Part shown: positions 13,126-27,143 of the stretch, piece after piece | How the letters are laid out: each line of letters opens with the position of its first letter | Position numbering within the stretch: position 1 is the stretch's first letter | Assembly: GCF_006345805.1 (NCBI RefSeq) | Contig: NC_043013.1 | Coordinates: forward strand, 19,592,001-19,656,000 | From: Octopus sinensis | Taxonomy: Eukaryota | Direction of reading: 5' to 3' | Length of the DNA: 64,000 bases | The notes under the pieces: generated by a model | What the model saw: only the letters and a program-made list of their open reading frames with translations | Databases searched by the model: none | Told to the model about the DNA's origin: nothing | Position numbers and translations under genes: made by a program

Positions 13126-13654
13126 TGAATTTATAGATGTGTATGTACTGAGTGTACACACACACAGGCCCATATACACTCACACACACGAGTGCACACA
13201 CACACACGCGTGCACACACACGCGTAAACACACAGGCGTGCACACACACACATACACACACAATCACAGCACGCACTCACTCACATACAATCTATATCAC
13301 ACTAAAATCAAGAGGTATATTTTCATTCCGCTAATCAAATTCTTAGCGTATATCCAATCATTTTCTTTATTTCTTTTCTCATTGCTCAGTTTTCCCAACC
13401 TAGTAAATTCTATGATAGGATTGTAAGCAGAGATTATTCCACTGGGTGGCAGAGAATTATAATGGACAACATGGCAAATTCAGATTATTTCCAAGACAAT
13501 ATTTTTATTGCAGCTTTACGCTGGCACATAAAAATTATTATTAAAATCTGTATTGTCCTAAGTTACCAAATTTTGTTTTCATCACGCACGCACTAACACA
13601 CAGTCAAATACCGCCTGCTTAAATACATATATACATGTAATTATGTATGTACAA

Positions 13655-13686
<32 letters not shown>

Positions 13687-14010
13687 ATGAAGATACACAC
13701 TCACACATATACATTTACACAGACCCATCATACAAATACATATATGTATATGTGAATATATTTATATATAGCATATACGCACTCACACACACATACGAAC
13801 ATACACATACCCAACGTACATTGTTCTCTGTTTCCCTTTGTTTCTGTTTCTATGTATAAAAGTATCTCTTACTATGTAACTCTGTATTTTATATCTAGTT
13901 AGGATGGTTTAGTGTCTCTACATGTCAGTCTATGTGTAACTTTTTGATAAAATATCTATCTAGCTACCAATAGATACATACATACATACATACATACATA
14001 TATGTATATT

Positions 14011-14056
<46 letters not shown>

Positions 14057-14110
14057 ATATATAATGCATACATATAAATTTACATATATATATTCATATA
14101 TATATGCATA

Positions 14111-14152
<42 letters not shown>

Positions 14153-15380
14153 ATATAAATACGCGTATTTACCTACGTATGTGTATTATGCGTAAAGATA
14201 GAAACAGCTCTCACTGTATGTGTCAGAGATCTTTATAGGTTGTCATTATTATGCAATCAGGTTCCTGTACAATGGTTCGCTTACCACTGTGCTTAGTGGT
14301 CTACCACTGTACTAGTTATGATATGCAGAGTATATGTGGAAAAAAATTTAGATGATCATAAGTATAAATTATTAGTTGGTACGCGCGTTTCCTCACTGCA
14401 GTTTTTTGAAACTCAACATTGGATGTTTCCCGTGCGTTTGGATGCCTAACCACAATGGATCATCAGGAAAACACTTCGGTGCATTACTTTACAGAGATCT
14501 TAAGTCAGTTAGCATTTGACATAATAAATGAATAGATAGATAAAATGAAATAAAAGATAACTTGAAGGAGAATCCTGGCATGAAATTTATGTTATTGAAT
14601 TACTGATGCTTTATTTTAGTGTCTCCGGGAGAACAGAAAGCACAATGGATCTCGGTGAGATAAGAGCGCAAAGAAAGCATTGATAACCTCAATAAACACT
14701 ACGGTGAATTTTGTTTGTCGCTGCCAGTTCCATTTACCTTGTGGAAGCTACTGAACATGTTAGCATTAAACAGATAACGTCATACTTTTAAATTTTGTCT
14801 AAGTTTTTAAGTTCAAACTTCTGCAACTTGAATTTATTTTCTCTTTGATCGGAAAAATCGATACACTGGTATCGCATTGAGATTCGATTTAATCAATTAT
14901 TCGCTTCCTCTTCCAAAACCAACCTTCTGCGTTATCTAATAGATAAGTCCATATTCAGTGCTTTCTAAACCAGTGTTCATATAAATGAAAAAGGGAAAAG
15001 CGTAAAAAGAAACGTCTGTATTCTCAGCAAGGCATATGGCCATCATCAGAGATTTTAACTAAATTATTCAAATGGAGCTTTTTATAATGATTATATTAAT
15101 AGATGAATAGGAAATCTGTCGTTGTTGAGACGATAAAGTGTACATGGTACTACTATATCAAACCCTGATTGAACTTTAAATTACATTGTTACAATCTTCT
15201 TTAATGTGAATTATGTTAATATAAATTATATAACCGTTATATATCCCAAAATGAATCTCAATCGAGCAGAGCTATTATCAAAGGCTTTCCAACCGTAGTA
15301 ATCTCGATATTTTTTTCTGAATATAGAGTCTAAAATTTTTTCACAATATATTATTTATTTAACTCAACCCCTCTTCTTTT

Positions 15381-15598
15381 CAGGGCGACGAGCTGGCCAT
15401 ATTGTTATCACGCCGGGGGAAATGTTTCACGGTATTTCGTCTGTCTTTACGTTCTGGGTTCAAATTCCGCCGCGGTCGACTTTGTCTTTCATCCTTTCGG
15501 AGTCGAAAAATTAAGTATCAGTTGCGTACTGGGGTCAATCTAATCGGCTGGCCCCTCCCCCAAAATACAGGGCTTTGTACCTAGAGCAGAAAAAAAAG
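15381..15598 (+). mobile_element. SINE family 2, full length with A-rich tail
   Basis: Exact 15-bp TSD AACCCCTCTTCTTTT at 15366-15380 and 15599-15613. Confidence 0.93.
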
Positions 15599-16056
15599 AA
15601 CCCCTCTTCTTTTAGATGGTAGGATGTAATAAGAAAGATATTTGGCTGCTACTACCAACTTAACATGTAAAGGTTCATTCGTTGACTCGTTCGCTCAATA
15701 GTGATTGTAAATAAATTAGAGGAACGGGGAATTACAACCTGAGTAACTGGCCATCATTGCAGCCGACATTGACATCCAAGTGAAGCATATGAACAGGTGA
15801 AGGAAGTGGATTCCATTTATCAGAGAAGATTGTAACTTTCAGAAATAGTTATACACTAGACCTTGGCAAGACAGCAATAATGGAATCGAAATAACAGAAA
15901 GGTGAATATCGGAGAGAAATATGTTTGAAAGTTTCCTAACAAGCGATAAGTAGAGTTACTTGTCAAGTATATTGTCTCATCTACCTTCTGAGAGTGAATT
16001 TCTTCAGCTGCTATTTTCGAAATCTTAGGCATGAGAAGAATAACGGTCATGAACTG

Positions 16057-16060
<4 letters not shown>

Positions 16061-16113
<53 letters not shown>
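16061..16113. repeat. (GA)n microsatellite
   Basis: Directly visible. Confidence 0.97.
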
Positions 16114-16116
<3 letters not shown>

Positions 16117-17155
16117 TTTTCATTCACTGTACTCTCGAAGTGTTATCCTTAGGATCGAGCCCTTGTTCTAGCCGGAAATATTTTGCGAAAACCTTTCCAC
16201 ATATGAACTCCTTGAAAGGGAAATAGGCACAACAAACTAAGGGAATAATGAATAATTCACCAAACATTCATGAGGATTCACCTTTCCAAACAAGTCCAAA
16301 TCCTTACACGACACAGAAACCTTTGGATAATTAGCGTGTATGAAGGGTCCGGAAGTGAAGAAACCTGAAACGCAAGAAGAGATTGTGATCTAAATACTAG
16401 TATGAAAACAAACTAAACGGGTTGAAACTTTAAACTTTATCAAGTCACACAATGAAATCCTGTCAGAGGGAGTATGCTTATATGGATACTTAACACGCTA
16501 GTAGTAAAAGGCAAATATATACGCACTGAAGCCATCTGGGCCGGATTTATGTGGATGCCTAATTGCTACAAGCAGTAAATAAATCTCTGCACCTCAAGTA
16601 ACAACATTTGGTGAATTGCAAGAGGGGACTGCTGGAAAAAGGAATGGTTACTGCGGTATGGGCATAAAGAATTAGCCTACTCTATCATGGTTGACGGAGG
16701 AGTACCACAACAACAAGCATGCTAATGGAAAGAAGCAGATACACAAGGATAAGGGGTTCTTGAGTACAATATTTTAGACAAAATTAGGGAGAGGTCACAG
16801 CGTGAACAGTTATGATCACAGACTGGATCTGTCGGGACAAAACGAGAACAAAAAGCAAGTGAAAAATAAGGATGGATATGTATTGCTTTGATCTCTTCAA
16901 GAAAAGAGAATTTAACCGTTTTAGAGTGGAACTAAGAGTCCGTGATTCTCCGACATTGGATTACTTGTAGAAACCATATTCCTCACCAAACGGGGTTTTT
17001 TTATAAAGGAAGTAAGGATATAGTTCTGTTTCTTCAACCTATCTGATGGAAAAGTAACAAATTCTATACGCGTGCATGTTTATATACACATACATATAAA
17101 CACACATACATATATGTGTGTGTGGTATATACACTAATACAACAGGGCTAATAAT

Positions 17156-17159
<4 letters not shown>

Positions 17160-17222
<63 letters not shown>

Positions 17223-17235
17223 TAATATATATATA

Positions 17236-17278
<43 letters not shown>

Positions 17279-17320
17279 TATATATATATATATATATATA
17301 GATATATATATATATATATA
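17160..17320. repeat. (TA)n microsatellite
   Basis: Directly visible. Confidence 0.95.
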
Positions 17321-17547
17321 AGTATGTATATGTATACATATATACAAAGGTGTACATACATACGGCAGATAATAATAAAACGTGGCTAGTAATATAAATA
17401 TATACATATATATGTACATTTCATACAAGCATGCATAAATACATACACACACACATATGTGTGTGTGTGTGTATGTGAGTGTGTATTTTATACATATACT
17501 TGTTCGGATATACATAGGTACTTAGATATATACACACACAAATACAC

Positions 17548-17598
<51 letters not shown>

Positions 17599-17657
17599 CA
17601 CACACATACGCATGCATACACACACAAATATATAAATGTATAAACACGAACACACAT

Positions 17658-17690
<33 letters not shown>

Positions 17691-18291
17691 ATCTTACTAA
17701 CACACTAAGATTTTGTTATTCGTACAAGCGTTTCTTTCAAAAAAAAAAAATCCATACCATTAGTATATTATATTTCTTTTTCGCCTCTTCTGAAGTTTTT
17801 GCTGTATTCACTGTTGCATAGTCGTGAGTTCCTCTGATATGATTAATACTTATATAACCTTTGAATATTTCTTAAATATATTTACTGATATATATTTTCT
17901 CTGGGTTCGTCTGTTTCTTTATCTCTTTTACGATCTTTCAGCCTGTTTGTTCTTTCTATTTGAAGGTAGCTGTTCAAAGAATGACATAATGTTGCTATGT
18001 TTTTGAGGCTGTTACTTAAAAAATTATATAAAGTGGTATTTGTGTTTGTGTTTGGGTGGTGGCGGTGGTGGTGGTGGTGGTGGTAGTGGTGGTTGTTGTG
18101 ATGGTTGTGTTGCGATGTTGGTGGGTCTTGTTGCTTAGTGTACAAAAAAGTACTGTTCCCTTATATATAGATATATATTATTATACAAATATATATATAT
18201 TCATATATATATATGTGTGTGTTGTGTGTGTGTGTGTATATATGTACAGATATATTTTTATATGTATATATGTATATATATGCGCATATGT

Positions 18292-18326
<35 letters not shown>

Positions 18327-18494
18327 CGCACACACAGACACATATATATATAAACAAATGCAAATATTCATATATATTTATATATATATCTGTATATATA
18401 CATATATATTCATTATATGTATACAATATATATATATATATGTATGTATGCATATACATATATATGTATATATATATATTTATGTATATATATT

Positions 18495-18552
<58 letters not shown>

Positions 18553-20021
18553 GTATATATGTACGTATGTATGTATGTATTAATGTACGTATCTGTAAAC
18601 ATATATATTGTGTGCGTCTATATATCTGTAGAAGTTTCTGAGAGTGTGCGATTTGTTATCAGAAAATATTTTGTTTTTTTGTTGGACACAGAAAATTTCA
18701 ATACTTGAATAAACATTGTGCCAAACAGAAGTGTACAAGTCAAAAGTTTCGAGTAGAACCCTTTTCTGGAAGAGTTTTATCTAAACACGGGAGACCTGTT
18801 CTTGAACACCTAAAATATAACCGATTGTCTGAAACGTTTCTCATTTGCCATTTCGCAATGTAGGCCATCTCTAAGTTTCTCGGGTTTTATTTTCCCCCTA
18901 GTTATTTACTTACCAATTATTGTTGCTGTTGTTACTTCCTCGAAGGTCAAATCCGACTGAAAACAATTTTATCAGTGGGGGTGTAGCTCGGATAATGAAA
19001 TCAGTTGAAGGAAAATTTTTGTCTCGTTTCTGGCAGCTGACTAGACCATGTAGAAAATTCCTTCTTGATTTCTTTATCTGTCCGTGCTCATTGTTGCTCA
19101 ACATAAATCATTCCTATTTGAACTGATCTTTGATCAAATGATCTATGATGTATGATCAGCCGTGACCATTTTCTTTTATATTTCATCGTACACAAAACCA
19201 TCACTTATGCAATTCACCTGAAAATGCTTTGAGCGAAATTTGTCCTCTATTTCTTCTAACTTGTGCGGCCTCTGGACTTATCTGATGGCGATGATGAAAG
19301 ACACCTGATTAAATGTCTTGTATGCAATTACATCTTTTTTATGTTTTGCGTTCAATTCCTTCTGGTCAATGTTTTAACTCACCGAGTTAATCGATTAATT
19401 TCATTCCTGAAAATGTGTGAAGCTAATCATAGAAAGAACTTTTCTTAAGTTATACAGTTAACGTTAAAACTCTACGCTTTAGTCCACATAGTGTATCGTC
19501 AAAATGGGCTGACAATGCACTATGAGGTGTTAGAATTTATTTCAAGTAATCCTACGTGATCAACGTAACTTCCCTTGTCCTTAAGGAAGGATGTGGGTCG
19601 ATTCCATTATCTGTTAAAAGATAGGTGTGTTGGACTAAGAAAATGTTAGGAGAATCTGTTCCAGATCTTGCCGAATTTCACTCAGATCCAGGATAACTAT
19701 AACTGTTAGATACCGAGAAGAATATGTTGTCATATACGATGAATATATACTGGATACAGTAAAATACATCTATAATCAGAGATGTGACAACCGAATGATA
19801 AGACAATGGAAGGTGACAACACAAAAATAATCAATGAGAGGAAAAATTCACGACGCACAAATTTACAGAAGTCGCTGATAAGAGATAACGAAAACAATCA
19901 ATAACGATAATTACAAACAAAATACATCATTGTCACCAAAATAATATTTAGAAAAACCGACTAATGAAATCATATAGAGAAGAATAATTCGAAGTCAGAC
20001 TTATAGAAGCAAACCTATGAA

Positions 20022-20203
20022 TACATACATACATACATACATACATAAGCAAGTACACATACATACATACATACATACATACATACATACATACATACAT
20101 ACATACATACATACATACATTCATACATACATACATACATACATAAGCAAGTACACATACACACATAAATACATACATATACATACATACATACATACAT
20201 ACA
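20022..20203. repeat. (CATA)n microsatellite with a duplicated interruption
   Basis: TAAGCAAGTACAC interruption at 20046 and again at 20144. Confidence 0.9.
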
Positions 20204-20269
20204 TATAGTCCGAATTTATAGAAAAACAATAAGGAAGACAGGAGTAGGATCAACAAGAAAGTGTATTTG

Positions 20270-21350
20270 TTCGACTCTCGGGAAACATGGAAAAGTGTTT
20301 TATGTTTCGAGCCTATGCTCGTCGATGGAACGGAATTAGAGGAAATGTAGAGAGAATGAAGAAAACGTGCTGAACTCAGAGATCCAAAATGGCGAATGAT
20401 TGGAAAAAAGAGTCTGAACGAAAGGGAGATAATAATAAAGAGAGGTTGAATTAATGGGAAAATAATTCATGGTAATCCCAACAAGAGGAGGTGCTCAAGC
20501 GTCTGTGTGCATGTGAGAATCGTGTATGTATGTGTGAAAGAGGGCGAGTGAGTTTGACGAGTGTGTGTGAGCTTTTATATGTGTGTGCTTCTACATGTGA
20601 GCGTGTCACTGTGACCAAATATTTTGCATGCTTATACTGTATGTATTAGGGAGAAAGTTATCTTTGTCTTTGTGTGTTGCATGTGTTTATGTGTGTTGCG
20701 TGTGTATATGTGAGTATGTGTATGTATTGTCTGTGTTTAGGCATCATGTGCTTCTGTGGGTGTGGGAGTGTATATGATGGTATGTGGTGTGTGTACTGAG
20801 TCAAACAGTGTGTCTAACGACACATATAGTGGTGAGTTGGACTTATGTGGGGGCAAAGAAATGAAGAGAGAAGATTAATTCCTGTACACGGCAGATGTCG
20901 GTGTAACTCCTGTCTAGAGACAGGTGTTGTAGCGAATGACCAGTAGAGCGGAAATGGCGCGAGACCAGGGCTTCATTAACGAGTCCGATGTCTCGGAGAT
21001 GCTCCACGAACCGGTCAGCCAAAGGGCTTCCCATCTGATCAATGAACAAGGAAGTACAAAGATAGGAAGAGATGTGAGGATGGTTTTGTTGAAGAGATAA
21101 GGGTAGGTATAACAGCACGGGCAGGAGCAGGAGAAGGAGCCAGGCTGGAAGGCGGTGGTATAGGAGATATTGTGGACCAGGAGCTCACACAGGTTATGAG
21201 CTCGTTTGAAGGAGGGAAGTAGTAGGTTAGGGAAGATGTGCGGGTTGGAAGGGGCGGAATGGAGTCGCTGGAAGGCTCGGAGAATGGTAAGTTAGAAGGG
21301 TAGGGGAATGGTGGTAGGGGAGGGGAAACGGAAGACGCCGTGAAAGACAT
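20270..21350 (-). mobile_element. Penelope-like retroelement relic (GIY-YIG C-terminus plus 3' terminal repeat region)
   Basis: LFIDQMGSPLADRFVEHLRDI..VSRHFRSTGHS resembles YIGxTxRxLxxRFxEH..HF; downstream CA-rich tract and a degenerate GAGC-ATAG-GCTC-GAAAC motif near 20300-20325. Confidence 0.8.
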
Positions 21351-21389
21351 CTTGAAGCATTTCAGGAGTCAAATAAGTCTTTGGAAAAA

Positions 21390-21650
21390 GGAAAAGTGTA
21401 CAAGGCCAGCATTATCGATTTGAATGGAACAAGAAAAACTTACATTGGAATGACAGGAATCGCCTTCAATAAATGACCTAGGCAGCGCTTGGCTTTGTTC
21501 GGAGATAAAAGCCAAGTAAACACATCGTCTTTATTCAGTATGGTACGTGATTTTTAAGAGAGGAACGTGAACAATCCCCGCATAAACTGGAGCATCATAG
21601 CTAAGGCCATCATTCACAGGATACCGGGAAGCAAATGCGAGCTTGCTCGG
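21390..21650 (+). pseudogene. Second Penelope-like GIY-YIG endonuclease relic
   Basis: Hand translation GKVYKASII..KTYIGMTG..FNK*..INWSIIAKA....GSKCEL with two in-frame stops; not in the ORF track. Confidence 0.8.
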
Positions 21651-22304
21651 CATTACCGAAAAACTAAATATCATAACATCAACATATCATATCAACACTT
21701 AATGTCTTAAATACCGCATGGCTGCAGTATTTAATGACAGAAACAAGTAAAAGATAAGAAGATTAAAGATATATGATTCATTCTCAGAATTATCTTTGTG
21801 TTACTTACTCCCGATATAGCTTCTATTTAGTTTGTCAACATGGGATTTTGAAGAAATTATTCATTAGATAGATTAATAGCAAAATTTTTAAAAGGTCCAT
21901 ACTGTCATGAGAATAACATAAAAGGACAGAATAATTTCTTTGAAGAACTATAATATTCTTCAAAATGTTTGTTATTTAGTTCTATGAGAGACTGTGATGC
22001 TCTATTTTGTACTCTGGAACAAAATATGAAAATCATGATATCAAATCAATTTGGCTTCTCACCTCACCAGGTTCCGACCGAATTTTGCAGCCTACATACA
22101 AAGCAATAAGAATTGTTTGAGATTATAAAATTGTGAAAACGAATTATTACGTGTGCTGAAAATAAGGAAATGGAACACGTTAATATAAAAGAGTGCGTAA
22201 AGAAATGAATATAAAAGACGAAATAATAGAGGAATTTGATTCAAGATTATTCCACTTTAAGGTTTGAAATAAATGACACCATTTCGTTTTTGATATAATA
22301 ATAT

Positions 22305-23831
22305 GAACATTTAGTAAGCTTTGCTGTCAGAATAACTTGGAAGTTGTCTTCGAGCTTAAATCGATTTCTTTTTGTTTCTCAATTCATGAATGTAGAATAT
22401 ATTCTATTTCACAAAGAGTGCTTGTTGTAAACGGCTTCCCCTTTGCAGTTTTTAAATTTTTGCAGCTTTTGATATCCGAGAGGATGAGAAAGATATCTCG
22501 TTCTGAAGTTCTATGAATTCACTGCCAGAACTAGAGTTTAAGGCATATCTCTGATTATTGTTGCAGCTCTTCGGATACACCATTAATTTTACAGTTAAAA
22601 GGATTCACAGCTTAGCTTATAACAAAGGAATCACACTCTTAAATGTTCCCAGAAAATTATTCTTTGAATACGATAAACCTCTATGGAACTAATTCAAAAA
22701 TGTCACCAAGACTTGCTGATTTCCTCAGTTTTCTAAAATAGTTCCTAGCCTCAGAAAAACTGTTAACATTGTTATGTTCTTCTTTCTGGTTCTGTTACAT
22801 CAAATTCTTTCTCTTGCTGAAACGACATTATTATTTCTCCACTTGCAATTCTTACTTAATGCACCGACATGTCCGAAGGCATCAGCTTAATATCAAATAA
22901 TATCCAACTCAATAAATTTACTGAACCTATCTGCTGGGACATCGTTTTCATCCACCTGACAGGTTTAAAGTTTAGTTGTGCTAATCTAAGCTCTATTAAT
23001 TACACCTCTAAGTACAAACCAACTTGTTTCTGTCGGAAAAAGAACCCCCACCCTCCCATCCTCATTTGAATTACGAAAGACTTGCGTGTTTAGTGCATAC
23101 GCTTCGACTTCATTATCTTATTTATTACAGCCTCCAGCTCAGGTTTCTAAGTTTTCATAGTGAATGATTCGGAATGGATCATACAACGAGTAACTTCAAT
23201 TTTAAGGTTCTGTTATTTTACCGAAATTACATACCGATTGGCATGGACTAACATAGCTGTAATTCTTTCAATAGATACACTAATACAGTCTTTCTACTTT
23301 CAACCATTGCTGACAGCTTTGAAGTTAATATCAATCCTGCTGTAATCATCTATTTAATGGGATCTCAATTCAAGCGTAGAACAAAATAACATTACGTTTT
23401 CGATTGCGACAGAACTCCTGTAATTAACAAACACCATTAATTGTGAATTACTACTAATATCTGTAGTGTTATCAAGCTGTTTAACAAAATCTTATGTTCT
23501 CTTTGACTGAAGAAATGTCAAGGTTTCTCACATTTTCTGATAAAATAGAAATTCGGTCGTACTGGTTCTCGTACAAGAAAAAAGTACTGATTTTTTCCAG
23601 AACTATTTTCTGGCTCACTCTTTTCTTTACTCTTTTACTCTTTTACTTGTTTCAGGCATTTGACTGCGGTCATGCTGGAGCACCGCCTTTAGTCGAGTTA
23701 ATCGACCCCGGGACTTATTCTTTGTAAGCCCAGTACTTATTCTATCGGTCTCTTTTGCCGAACCGCTAAGTGACGGGGACGTAAACACACCAGCATCGGT
23801 TGTCAAGCAATGCTAGGGGGGACAAACACAA

Positions 23832-23864
<33 letters not shown>

Positions 23865-24330
23865 CATATATACGACAGGCTTCTTTCAGTTTCCGTCTAC
23901 CAAATCCACTCACAAGGCATTGGTCAGCCCGGGGCTATAGCAGAAGACACTTGCCCAAGATGCCACACAGTGGGACTGAACCCGGACCCATGTGGTTGGT
24001 TAGCGAGCTACTTACCACACAGCCACTCCTGGCTATATATCTTTTCAAATATGTTTTTATAACCGCTGGAGTGACCGATTAGTTTCCCTTTGTATGTGGC
24101 TTTATAATATGGCCGATCTACCAGGCCTACTGTTTCGTTATTTTTGATCTATGCCTTTTGATAGTTACTTCTGAATTCTAACAGTGTTTCAATGGTTGCG
24201 AATAGAAATTTGAATGCGAATGAGCGACGTATTTCTTCCGATAATTCTTTATAAAAGGCTGAGAATTCGAAACATTCTAACAAACGACACATTTTCATTC
24301 GTCCTCTTCTATTTCTGTGGAGCCATATTT
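22305..24330 (-). pseudogene. Decayed hAT transposase (Buster/Charlie-like), interrupted by a SINE
   Basis: Collinear motifs KPHTKG (24086-24103), QLDNTTDISSNSQLMVFV..LFC (~23480), TRCMIHSES (~23180), LFPTETSW (~23030), ADAFGHV, and PFTTSTLCE..KRNR dimerisation-type motif (~22420); many stops. Confidence 0.85.
23607..24032 (-). mobile_element. SINE family 3 (CORE-like), full length, inserted in the hAT relic
   Basis: Head GGAGTGGCTGTGTGGTAAG, GGGTTCAGTCCC, CTTGGGCAAGTG, internal (TG)n and (GAGTAAAA)n tail. Confidence 0.9.
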
Positions 24331-24526
24331 GAGGAATCCTACCTGCTATTTCTATCATTGATGAAAGCACGTTTCAAATTACTAGTCAGTTGATAGAATA
24401 AAAAATAATATATTTTTAGTTAAAATCATTTGTAAAAATTATTAAAAATACTTATTTATATTTTGGAATTATAGCAAAGTTTATTAATTCAGTGTCATAA
24501 TTTACATAAGTATACATTAAAACCGT

Positions 24527-24785
24527 AGAGGTGCGTGGCTTAGGGGATAGGGTGCTGGATTCATAGTCGCAAGATTGTGGTTTCGATTCTTGGACCGGGC
24601 GATGTGTTGTGCTCTTGAGCAAAACACTTCATTTCACATTGCTCCAGTCCATTCAGCTTGCAAAAATAAGTAATTCTGTGATGGACCAGTTTCCCGTCCA
24701 GGTGGGGAATATATACGCCACTGACACCAGGAAACCGGCCCTTATGAGCTTGGCATGGCTTGAGAAGGAAACACATTAAAACCAT
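24527..24785 (+). mobile_element. tRNA-derived CORE-like SINE
   Basis: GGTTTCGATTC B box; TGTGTTGTGCTCTTGAGCAAAACACTTCATTTCAC shared with the 11567 copy. Confidence 0.8.
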
Positions 24786-26452
24786 GTATTAGGAAATTTG
24801 TATAAAACATTTGAGAACAAATCCAAAGCGTAAAGTGAAATACAAGCAAATTACTTTCGCTTGTTGGTTTGAACTGTTGTCAAAACCGGTAAAATCTTCT
24901 CATTTTACCCAATTGCAAACAGTGGACAAATTGAAGCTATTTATGTTTATTTTTAATTAAATACACTGATTATGAGAATAATCTGTTGAATTTCCGATTT
25001 AAAATTTCCGTGTTCCCTATTGTTATGCGAGAAATATGTATAACAGGGTAGTTTTCTTTGGAAAACCAATGACCTAATGGTTAGGGTATTGCACCCATGA
25101 TCGTGAGATTATGGTTTCGTTTCCCAGACGGTTCGTGCATTATGTTCTTGAGTAAAGCACTGCATTTCACGTTGCTGAAAAAAATATTTTATATTATTTT
25201 ATCGAGTTCAGTAAATAAATACTAATAAAGCTCTGGAAAGAAGTCGATAAAACTGACAGTACTTCACCTGTGAAGTTCTGTGGCTTGGCCTTGGGCCAAT
25301 TCTACAGACCTTCACTAATTTAATAAATCATTATACTTGAGTTCTTGCGGTTTCTCGTGATTTGATTATTTTATTTTCACATTGTAATCAAAACAGTGAA
25401 CACTACACCCCCCTTCGTAAACGATTAGAAAGTCTTCAACATCGTTTCGATCCCCGGAAGTAAAATTTCGAAATGAAATACGCTGTAAATTCTCTTGGGG
25501 TAATAAAAATCTCATGTCTGGTCAGCACACAGCTATAAATCTAAATGTTCATGCGCTTATATAGCAAATCAATACTTCACTTTGCTGAAAAACAAAAAAG
25601 AAATCTCATTTAAATTGTGAAATTAACAAAGCTAACAGTCTGCTTTATTAACCTGTATCTGACTTTGCATGACAGCTCGAATTTCATTTAAATGCCACCA
25701 ATGCGAACGATAAAACACAATTAACTTAAAATAACTTACATAAAATATGATTATCAATTTCGCTTGTATGTTTTCTTTTTTCAGATTTATGTATCCTACT
25801 TCTATATTTATTTGTTTAGTTTGCTGGGAGTAATTCTGATTTTAAATTAAACATTTTCCAGTGATTGTAGAAGGTTAAATTGTTCTGCACAAACACGCCA
25901 TAGGAAGATTCTGAAGAAGATATTTTCATAAAGGAATTGGTATCATTTCTTATTCACATATTGATTTTCTTTTCTCTACTACATAGTTTTGATTCAATAA
26001 CAATATTTAAAAGATTTCTGTGGAATTTAAGGATATGCAGTTAGAGAGATTCTCGAAAGACAATCACGAAAATATCGTTTAGAACAGATGGAAAAATACA
26101 CAAACTATTCTTCAGAGTATATTCAACAGCATATAAGTGGGCGTTAGGTTAGAAAAATCGTCACAGTCGAACAAAGGGTCTTGTAGTATTTAGTTATAAT
26201 TCTTCAACGTTCCGAGTTCAAGTGCTGCCGAAATCATGTTTGCTTTTCATGGTTTGCGATCAATAAACGAAGTAACAGCAAGGTACTATTATTGATTTAA
26301 TCGGTAGTCCTTCTCCGCAAAATTTCTGGATTTGAGACTAATCAACTGGTAATGATTAAAATTATTTAGATCCGAATAGAAAGACAACAGATGCATAGGT
26401 TTCTTTTAGTACTGTGTAATAAAATGCTTTAAATTTGCTGTCCTATATTTTA

Positions 26453-26792
26453 GAGATGAGGAATTTTAAACGTTATTTACATATTTGCATTGGACGGATA
26501 TGTGTCCTCGTCTTGTTTGTTGTTACTACAACGTTTCGGCTGGCTTACTTTCCAGCCGTCACCAGTTGTCCTGGTGGAATTTTGAACCCAACCCTGGGTT
26601 CTCATCCTAAGGTATTTTTTATGTTCTTCTTCTTCTTCTTCTTCTTCTTCTTCTTCTTCTTCTTCTTCTTCTTCTTCTTCTTCTTCTTCTTCTTCTTCTT
26701 CTTCTTCTTCTTCTTCTTCTTTTTCTTTTTCTTCTTCTTCTTCTTCTTCTTCTTCTTCTTTTTCTTTTTCTTCTTCTTCTTTTCTTCTTCTT

Positions 26793-26823
<31 letters not shown>

Positions 26824-26846
26824 TTATTATTATTTAAGGCACTGCC
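26453..26846 (-). mobile_element. Inverted copy of the hammerhead-bearing short element (HHR unit plus microsatellite)
   Basis: Minus strand CTGGTGA-C-GGCTGG..CCAGCC-GAAAC-GTT at about 26565-26530; outer about 170 bp is the reverse complement of 27150-27300. Confidence 0.85.
26624..26821. repeat. (TTC)n, about 65 units
   Basis: Directly visible. Confidence 0.97.
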
Positions 26847-26848
26847 CC

Positions 26849-26926
26849 GGGCTTATAGCGTAGTGGTTAAGAACGCGGGCTACTAACCCCAAGATTCCGA
26901 ATAGTACTTTGAATAAATGATAAGAG

Positions 26927-26959
<33 letters not shown>

Positions 26960-27077
26960 ATATTCTACCTGTGAATTTGCGTGTGTAATCTGGAAATACA
27001 TACAATGAGCTTCTCTGCCCTAGGTGTACGGAAAACACTAGCCGAGAAACGGAAGAAAATTTGAAGAAATGATGATG

Positions 27078-27143
<66 letters not shown>

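Noticed and set aside
15043-15049. Isolated CTGATGA/CTGAAGA hits (also near 23508, 34477, 41725, 48611, 59700)
   Set aside because: No stem II followed by GAAA; expected by chance
16300-16900. Possible decayed LINE C-terminus (WYGH-like)
   Set aside because: Only one short motif, which could not be extended
18742-18773. Hammerhead-like GAAAC motif on the minus strand
   Set aside because: The CUGANGA half is absent (CCAGAAAA) and there is no valid UH triplet context
18914-19110. Minus-strand exon ending at a GTAAGT donor
   Set aside because: No convincing acceptor and an unrecognisable, N-rich peptide
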